The position numbers were made by a program, and so were the translations under genes. 64,000 nt of DNA. It comes from Eledone cirrhosa (taxonomy: Eukaryota). The notes below the pieces were generated by a model. The model was not told where the DNA came from. It did not search any database and was given only the letters and a program-made list of their open reading frames with translations. The stretch lies in the NCBI GenBank assembly GCA_964016885.1, contig OZ024744.1, positions 87,296,001 through 87,360,000 on the forward strand, given 5' to 3'. Of this stretch, positions 54,934 to 64,000 are shown one piece after another; the stretch's first letter is position 1, and each line of letters begins with the position of its first letter.

Positions 54934-56648
54934 CTATTTTGGTGTTGAAAGTGAAGAAAGAAAAGCACCTACCTCTCCGGGTTGTGTAATTTCCATGGCG
55001 TCAGGTGTGTTGGGTGGAGGGATGTTTTGTGGTGGTGTGGGGGTACCCGAGTGTGGTGGGGTTGGGGTATTTGGAGTTATGTCAGGGAGAGGGGAGGTTA
55101 TGGGGAAATCTTTCAAGAGGACGCGATTTAACGGTTTTAAACAGGGAGGGCTCACGTCCTGTCTAAATTGTTCTTTTAAGGAATGATAAAGGTCCAGAGG
55201 GACCTTTATCATTTTTAAATGGGTGAGATAAAGTTTGGCCCTTCGGTCTGCACCAAAGAGCTATTGTTTATTAATTTAAACAGTTTTTTGTTTTCTTTAT
55301 TTATATATGTGTATTGCAACGTCTTTTTTTGTGATGCTGTCAATGTTTCGGAGAGGGGAGGCGCAGATTTAATTTTGTTTGTTGAGGGTGGGGTGTTTTT
55401 TATTGGAGTTGGTGTTTGTGTGTGGGTTATTTGTGGTGTGCTGGGTGTGTGCTTTCTTTTTTTTCTTTTAACTTGTCTGAAGGCTTCTCCTCCTTCTTCT
55501 TCAGAAGTTGGGGGAAACTCTTCAGCGCTAGGTAGGAGGGACGTGGTGTCTGGTTGTTTTTTTTTTGCGGGAGGGGTAGATCTGTTGCTGTTTTTTTTAT
55601 TATTTGTTTGGAATGCGTTTCGTGGTGATGATGTTTGTGTCGTGCTTGTGGTTGGTGATGGTGGTGGGGATGTTTGTGTTGTGGTTGGTGATGGTGGTGG
55701 TGATTTTTGTGTCGTGCTTGTGTTTGGTGCTGGTGGTGGTGATGTTTGTGTTGTGCTTGTGGTTGGTGGTGTCTGTATTTTGTTTGCTGTGTGTGGTATT
55801 AGTGTATTTTTGGAGGTGGGTGGTGTTGGTGTACTGTTTGTGGTGGGTGTGGGCAATAGTCCTTTTTGGGGGATACGTTTCGGGCAGTTAGCCTTAACGT
55901 GTCCCCTTTCCGTGCATAAATAGCATGCTGGTCTTCTCCCCTCTACAATTATATCTATTGGGGTGAGGTCATCCAGCCAGATGCGATCCGGGATTTGTGC
56001 CACTCTTTTGGGCCTCATTTGGACTAGTAGGTCGAGGCCCATTCCCAGGAACGCATCTCCAGATGCCTTCCCCATTGACAGCACTGTGTCCTCGCCCATA
56101 TCTATGAAGCCAGCAATAGCCCACCAGAAGTCCATTGTGGGCAGCATTGTTTGTACTTTGACTCTCTGTGTTCTTCTACCCATGTAGGAGGGATAGAAGC
56201 TGTATGTTGTTGATGAGAGTGGGCTTAGGGAAAGCTTCTGCGTCGTTTCCTTGTCTTTTGTTAAGACCGAAATGCTGCCATAGAGTCGGTCCTTTCTTAT
56301 GAAGAGAATATTCTTCATATAGTCTTTTAGGACCAACTCTATCTCCATTTGGCTGGGCTGTGCTGGCTTTCTCGTTTGGTTTAATATTGTTCTGAAGAGA
56401 ACTGTGCTCTCTGTTCTCGCTTTCTTGAATTCTGGGGGGGAGTTAATGGAAAACATTCCGTTCTCCCCCAAGACAATGTGTTTTTTTGCTTCGGCCAGTT
56501 TTTCTCTGGCGGCAGTTAAGTCTATTGGTGTATATGTTATGGACTGTTTTGTTTTCTGGGCGAAAGTTGCCTTGTTGTTATTTGTGTTCTTATTTTCTGT
56601 TTGTTTGTTTTCCGTTTGCTCATTTTCCGTAACATTTGTTTTTTTCAT
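54934..56648 (-). pseudogene. LINE copy C ORF1 (zinc-knuckle nucleic-acid-binding protein)
   Basis: 477-aa ORF with CYLCTERGHVKANC (CX2CX4HX4C) and a Pro/Thr-rich region; appears to continue in 54934-55212 after a break. Confidence 0.8.
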
Positions 56649-56728
56649 TTTCCTTGTTTGTTTCGTTGTCTAGTTTTGTTGTATCTATTTCTTTTTGTTC
56701 TTCAGACTTGGGGGGCGTGGCAGAGCTA

Positions 56729-56762
56729 ATGGCAGACATGTCTGCCATCTTTTCCGCCATGC
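56729..56762 (-). promoter_or_regulatory. Putative LINE internal promoter with YY1-like sites
   Basis: Minus strand CATGGCGG and AAGATGGC close to the 5' end, overlapping the 20-bp palindrome atggcagacatgtctgccat; a GC-box-like gggggcgtgg is adjacent. Confidence 0.45.
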
Positions 56763-57052
56763 TGCCGAGAAAGAGATTTTACAGCAAAATAGATATTTAT
56801 TTTACCCCCTAAAAAGGGGGTAAATGTAAAAATGTTTCCCTAAATAACAGGGGTAAGTGTTTTAAATATGTTGCACTGAAAAAAATTCTCTGGTACTTAC
56901 TATAGTAAGGGTAAATTCCGATGGAATAGCGGAGCCGATGTGAAGCGTGTCTTACTCTATCAAGATAGATAGATAGATAGAGAGATACATGGATAGATGC
57001 ATAAATAGATTGAGTGATAGATAGAGAGATAAATTGATAGATAGATAGATAG

Positions 57053-59410
57053 ATTTCTTTATTTGCCACAAGGGCGCACAAGAAAAGGGGACAATACAAA
57101 GACATGCCGGGGATTTTACATACAGTCGTGTAAAAAAGATAAAACAAGCAATTACAACAATCGAAATCCCCAATAGGGGGGAAGCGTCACAAATGGGTTG
57201 TTTAATACCCCGTCGATAGAACAACCCTCAACTCCAGTAGCGTGTTATGCAAGTGCTCCTTTCTTCCTTTTGCTCTCTTCTTTAACCTACAGGCTTATAA
57301 CCAAAGAAGGCCCAATCACTTGCGCCATTTTTGCCACATTCACCCACCTTTCAGTAAATTTACTGAGGTGCAGTGCCTCTCTCTCCACTCTTATTCTTCT
57401 TTTAAAGTAATACTTAAAGAAGGGAATCAATTGTTGTTCGGAGAGAAAAGCATCTGTCCTCAGTCCTCTCAATCTCGTCCACCATATAACTTCTTTCACC
57501 ATAGCCGCCGTACAGAGGAAAACCGCCCTTCTTTCGTTTTTCAAAGAGGCTGGCGGTTTGATCCTTACTATGGACTCGGCAGTCAACTGGATTTGTCCCA
57601 TACGCGACAACAGTTGTTCTGCATAGTTCCACAGGTCGGTTACGCCCGGGCAGTATACAATTGCGTACAGGACGGTTTCAATGTCCTGCGCGCATATTGG
57701 GCACGTCCTCCTGGAAGGGTCCTGCCGGGGCGTCCGTGCCTGTAGATCTTGTCACGAACTGGTAGAGCTCCTCGGTAGCACTGCCAGGCCAGGGACCTCT
57801 GGAAGTCGTCCATAGGTCCCTGGCGGAAACTCATCGCAGACAGACAGGTGAGCTCATCGTCTTCGACTCCCAGAGTCTCTCCGAGCATGTCGTCGCCATT
57901 GTAACGTACAATCCCTTTATAGAATGTCGAAGTGGAGTCTCCACTGATTGCTGTGCCCGCTTGCCAGAGGATTGTGAGCGCATTCAATGTGCCAGGTGCA
58001 CATCGTTTTCGGTCTTTTTTTGACCCAGGACTGCAGCTCCGCCAGCGAACGAGATAAGCTGTGGGAAAGCCTGTCTCACAAATGGTTCCCACACCAGTTG
58101 GGGGGTCGGTGAGGAATACCTGGAGATGTTGCAGCCTCAGCGCATGTTTGCACATCATCAGCCACTGCATTCCCAGCTCTCCGTTGGAAGGGTGCTGACA
58201 GTAGACGGATCTCCTCACCAGTGGAGCCTGCTTCTTCCACAGAAACTGGAAGAGCATACGTTCCATCTTGGCGAGGTGTTCACGGGGTCAAGGCACGACA
58301 GTCAAACGGTAGTAGATGACGGACGCTATGAAAGTGTTCGCCATCTCCGCTCGACTTTCAAGGACAGTTTGGACTCGGCCCACTTCTGGGTGAGAACAAT
58401 CACCTTGGCCGTCACTGCGTTCCAGTTCTTCTCCACCTGGAGGTCCGGACCAAACCAGACCCCGAGCATCTTTACCGGTCCTTCCGTCCAGCGTCCGACG
58501 ACGCCATCGGAAGGCATCGGTTTACCTCTCCACGATCCGAGTTGCAAACCGACAGACTTGTCCCGGTTCAGCTTCGCTCCTGTGAACCTTTCGTATTCCT
58601 TCAGTAAGGGGCCGACTTCCTCGATTTGCGAGGTGCTCGACACCATTACCGTAATCTCGTCGGCGTATGCCGACGCCGCTTTCTGCAGTCGCGGTTCTAG
58701 AGGGATGCCCTGCAATACCTCCAACTTCTGCGGTAGTGGCTCGAGAGTCAGTACGTACGGAAGGGACGAGAGACGGAATCCCTGTCGGATGGATCGCGTG
58801 ATATGGAACGGCTCCGAGAGGTAGCCGTTCACCTTGACCCTTGAGCAGTTGTTGCTGTTGTGAATTGCAGCAGTCCAGCCCCTGAACACGGGTCCGAAGC
58901 CTGCCGCCTCGAGCACCGCATCCAGGTGACGATGGTCAACCCTATCGAAAGCGTTAGACTGATCCAAGTTGATCAGGGCCCCACCGAAGCCGGGTTTACA
59001 CCCTACCCTCTCTATGATGTATCGCATGAGGTGGAGGTTGTGTATGGACCTGGTCAGGATTGCGCATGTCTGCATCTCTTCTACCTGGTTTTCGACGACA
59101 AGCGCCAGCCTCTTTGCCAACACCTTGGCCAAAATCTGTAACTCTGTGTTTAGCAGAGTTATGGGCCGGAAGTTGCCTATGTCATCCCCCTTATTCTCGT
59201 CCTTCCTGACTAGTGTGACTAGGCCCCCGGTCACAGAGCTGGGAATTCTCCCCTTCTGCTGCCAGTTGCAATAGACCACTTCCAGGACACCGGAGAATAA
59301 GTCCGGCATTGCTACGTAAAATTCGTAGGGTAGACCGTTGAGACCTGGAGATTTGGTGTTTGCCGCATTGGCTCAGCGCGTCCCCTATCTCAGCGGCCGA
59401 AATCGACTTT
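57053..59410 (-). mobile_element. L1/Tx1-type LINE, copy D (5'-truncated, frameshifted)
   Basis: RT ORF 58326-59309 (YADE), downstream pieces, 3' UTR into degenerate (TATC)n. Confidence 0.9.
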
Positions 59411-59780
59411 ACGCAACATCAACAACAACAGCAGTAGCAGCAGTAATAACAACAACAGCAACAATAACAGTAGCAGCAGCGACAATATGAGCAGCAGTAA
59501 TAATATGAACAGAAACAACAACAGTAGTAACAATATGACCAGAAACAGCAAAAGCAACAACAGCAACAACAGCAACAACAGCAATAGCAGCACAAGCAGC
59601 AGGAGCACGAATAGAAAAACAACAACAACAACAACAGCAGCAGCATGAGCAGAAACAACAACAACCAGCACAAAACAAAACAAAAAAGAACATATGAAAA
59701 GAAAATACAACAACCCGTATAGATATGAAAAGAACAGCAACAAACTAACATCTACAACTACAACAACAGCAACAACAAAC
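59411..59780. repeat. (CAA/CAG)n compound low-complexity tract
   Basis: Direct inspection. Confidence 0.85.
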
Positions 59781-59850
59781 TCCATGCAATTTCATTATTT
59801 TTCTGAAATATCTCAGCGAGCGAGGCAAAGAATTATACCCCACCCAAAAG

Positions 59851-59977
<127 letters not shown>

Positions 59978-60530
59978 TACAAACACACACACATATATAT
60001 ATATATATACATACATACATGATGATGGCTGCAGTTCGATTTCGAATAATGCCATCGCTTGATACTTAAGCATGAGCCACACGGATGGACGTATCTATGC
60101 CCAGCAATGCATCGCAATACATGTCATATATCAAGCGATGCCTGTATTCGAAGCTTTTTTTTAAGTGGGGAAAGGCTTTGCGCGGTGCCAATCTCACTCT
60201 CTGAACATCGAATGGATTTGCCCCAAAAGAAAAACTGCTCTACATCATTGGATGCAAACGAAGTCATAGGTTTTATATCCGAGTGACCTTTTCTTAGAGA
60301 AATGTCGTAATGACGTACATACATGCATACACACACATACATACAAACATACATACATTCATACATATACACTTACATACATACACACATGCACACATAC
60401 ATGCATGCATACACACATACATACACACACACATACATACATACACACATACATACATTCATACATATACACATACATACACACATACAAAGCATACATA
60501 CATATACACATACATATACACATACATACA

Positions 60531-60560
<30 letters not shown>

Positions 60561-60561
<1 letters not shown>

Positions 60562-62755
60562 GCTGAACAACTCCTAATCAACAAAACTGCGATGTCGGGG
60601 TACGACAACTTAGGAGGAATATGGCTACAGTCTGGCTAGATTACAGGAAAGCTTTCGATTCTGTTCCCCACTCTTGGATGATAGAGGCCCTCCAACTTGC
60701 TAAAGTCCCAGACATTATTGTCAGAGCCATAGAGAGGCTGTCTTCTTCTTGGGCTACTATCCTAAGGTTAAAGACAGAGAAGGAGGACTCTATTTTCACT
60801 GATAAAATAAAATATTGCAGGGGTATATTTCAGGGGGACAGTCTCTCTGTGATATTATTCATCTTGTCATTAAACCGCTTGTCCTTTCTGCTCTAGAAAT
60901 GGGAGGGATACGTCATTGGCTCACAGGAGGACAGAAATACGAACCTAACCCATAATTTCATTGTGGACGATCTGAAACTCTATGCCAAGAACATGGATGG
61001 GATGAAGAAAAATCTTAACCTGGTTACAACGTTCTCAAAGGATATAGGAATGGGGTTTGGCCAAGATAAATGCTCATACATGACTGTAAAGCGGGGGGAA
61101 ACAACAACCCAATCTAGCAACATTTGTATCAATGGCCTAACTGTTTCACCAATATCTGATGAGGACTGCTACAGATATCTGGGGATAGATGAGAACATAT
61201 CCTATAATGGTATCTGTAATAAAGAATGCGTAACCAGGGAATACTATACCCGATTAAGAAAGATCTGGTCATCGGAACTCTCTGCGCAAAAGAAAACAGT
61301 GGCTCACAATGTGTTTGCTGTGCCTGTCCTAACACCAAAGTTTGGAGTACTCAATTGGACGATAGACGAAATCCGAGCAGTTGATGTTGGAACTCGAAAA
61401 ATACTAAACAAAACCGGAAACTTCCACATCAACAGTGACATAGACCGCTTTTACTTGAACCGTAAGCAGGGAGGCAGTGGCCTAACATCAGTCCAGTCAG
61501 CATTTGAATGTCGCATCATCTACTAACCTCGAAGCGTAGGAGCCCGTTTCTGGAGCAAGTCTATCTGCATGAAACATATAAGATCATGAGAGTTGGGAAG
61601 GAACTCCTCGAGAGATATTCCCTGTGTGATAATCAAAAACTCACACCCAGGGATGTCGCTCAGCAGTATCGCAGTGAATCCATGGATGAAAAACTGCATG
61701 CTTATCAGCAAATATCATGCATGGATATGTTGCCAGGGAGCTCCAGAGTGAGAGTAATATAGATAAGGAAAGTAGTTTATATTGGACCAACAACCGCTAT
61801 ATTGGCTCCAACTTTGAAGGATACGCTTTTGCAATCCAAGAACAGGAGATTAACACGAAATACCTGATTCACAAAAGAGTTAGGGATGCAGGCAAAACAC
61901 CTAGATGTGATAACAAGTGCAGACTCTGCAGAACTAACATCGAGGATATCACCCATGTCATCAACAGCTTTCCAAAGATGTCATCGCGGTACTATCTACC
62001 AATGAGGCATGATGTAGTGGCCAAAACACTGTACAATGCAGTTCGTAAAAAAGATAATAAACACATTAAAAGCTACAGCTATGTGGAAGACATCCATGTA
62101 CATAATATGAAAGAGTAATGGTGGAATGTTCTATTAAAAACCCCAATAAAATGCAGGCATAACAGACCAGATATTATGATATGGGAGGACAGGGAGAAGA
62201 AAGCATGCACAGTAGTGGAAATTAGCTGCCCAGCAGATGCCAATATAATATCAAAGATTAGTGAAAAGGAGAATATTCATGCAGAGCTGATGAGAAATCT
62301 GCAGATACTTCACCCTGATTATACCTTCAGATTTATACCTGTGATTATTGGGGCACTGGGATATGTTAGTAACTGTTTCAATACAAATCTTGAGAAGCTA
62401 GGCTTCACAGGAACAGAAAGAACACGACTACATAGGAAATTACAAGTACAATCCATTAATGGAACAGTAAAAATATGTAAAACATTACAAACATTTTGCA
62501 TCTAATAACTGCACATACACATGTACAGATACTAAGCATATACACATGTACAGATACTAAGCCTATACACATGCACACATGCAACTAAAAACATACACAT
62601 ACACACATACAATAACATCCATATCTACACATGCATGCATACATACATAACTACCTAGTTGATGTGCAAATTCCAATGAGAGTCTTGTGTCTATGTTAGA
62701 AACCGACTCTCTCTCTATTGGTAAATATTTATGAAATTATAAAACCAGAAGAACA
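60561..62755 (+). mobile_element. 5'-truncated R4/Dong-like RLE non-LTR retrotransposon
   Basis: EQLLINK, WLDYRKAFDSVPHSW, RGIFQGDSLS, DDLKLY, FGQDKC, YRYLG, GGSGL, CRLC..H, RHD, NRPDI..VEISCP; stops and frameshifts. Confidence 0.9.
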
Positions 62756-63156
62756 TATATGCATATATATATATATGGGTGTGTGTATGTATATATATAT
62801 GTGTGTGTGTGTGCGGCAATTGTGTGCGTGTGTGTGGATTTATGCATGCATTATTGTATGATGTATGTATCTATGTAAATATAAATATGAATAGATATAG
62901 AAATAGAACAATAAAAATTGGAGTTTAGTTAATGAGCATACAGCGAAATACATTTGAATATCATATCGTAGCTGACATTGAAGAACAAAATGGCAAGTCA
63001 TTAATGTATGTTCTATATTTGTGGTTTGGTCCTTAGCGTAGTAAGTGTTAGGATATTTGATAGAAAGCAATGTGGTAAGCATAACAACACATACGCACAC
63101 ACACATTCATACCTACAGGCTCCCCACACGCATATACATGAATATATATATATAGT

Positions 63157-63432
63157 AATAATTGTTTCTACTTAAGGCACAAGGCCAGCAATTATCCAGT
63201 ACATTACTGGTACTTTATTTTATCGACCCCGTAAGGATGAAAGGCAAAGTTAACCTTGGCGGGATTTGAACTCAGACCGTAAAGGGACGTAACTATGCTA
63301 GAAAGCATGGCGTCCAACCCTCTACCAATACTGCCAATTCACCGCCTATAGTAATAATAGTAATAATTGTTTCTACTTTAGGCACAAGGCCAGCAATTAC
63401 CCAGTGCATTACTGGTACTTTATTTTATCGAC
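63157..63432 (-). mobile_element. SINE family 1 full copy plus tandem partial copy
   Basis: 63157-63346 flanked by tatagtaataat; partial copy 63362-63432. Confidence 0.88.
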
Positions 63433-63574
63433 AGTAATAATAATAACAAATTTGAAGACTAAATTCCAGAGGGCTCGATAAGGATATGCTTGAAGCGAAA
63501 TTTTATTTCTCTCATATATATATATACATATATATATATGAGAGAAATAAAATTATATATATATATATGTATGC

Positions 63575-63614
<40 letters not shown>

Positions 63615-63668
63615 GGAAAAAATGAAACTAAATTTCATTTCCCACTCTTAGTACGGCTGTTACTTAAA

Positions 63669-64000
63669 TATAAGTATGTATACGTACATACATATATGTA
63701 TACAGACGTACAGTAGTATGTATATATATATACATACACACATATATATATGTACGTATGGATTCACCATACTATTATTATAATGCTCGGTGTGTTTGTA
63801 AACAAACATCCCGTATAAAGCCGCAGTGTCTAGCAACCATCGTTGCTCGTTTGTTCAACACTGACAAATACACCGAGCATTATAATAAATGTTTGGTGAA
63901 TCCATACGTACATATATATATGTGTGCATGTATGTATACATATATATAAATACTACTGTACGTCTGTATACATATATGTATGTACGTATACATACTTATA
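63669..64000. repeat. Fold-back inverted repeat reaching the window edge
   Basis: 63669-63718 / 63951-64000, gtacgtatggattcacca / tggtgaatccatacgtac, and ttataatgctcggtgt / acaccgagcattataa pair symmetrically around ~63830. Confidence 0.88.

Larger units (their letters stand above)
51263..56776 (-). mobile_element. L1/Tx1-type LINE, copy C (apparently full length, ~5.5 kb)
   Basis: 5' UTR, ORF1, ORF2 (APE-RT-CCHC) and 3' UTR ending in AATAAA + (TATC)n. Confidence 0.93.

Overview
AT-rich, microsatellite-dense animal DNA. The SINE families and the (TA)n/(CA)n load suggest an octopus, but this is inference. One host gene is present: the 3' four coding exons of a Tbx2/3 (optomotor-blind-type) T-box gene on the + strand (5695-19780), with splice phases that join in frame; its 5' exons lie upstream of the window. 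The rest is repeats: two tRNA-derived SINE families, a ~16.5 kb same-strand cluster of L1/Tx1-type LINEs punctuated by (GATA)n, R4/Dong-, CRE-, CR1/L2- and Vingi-like LINE remnants, and a probable non-autonomous Helitron. The most unusual signal is about ten short fold-back (palindromic) inserts, mostly beside (TA)n tracts. Many carry intact or broken minimal type I hammerhead ribozyme motifs (CUGANGA-stem II-GAAA-short, usually palindromic stem III-UH) from at least four sequence families, as expected for Penelope-like pLTR derivatives. Three intact motifs lie on the sense strand of Tbx2/3 introns (two in a presumed intron). All coordinates were read by eye; repeat boundaries are approximate.
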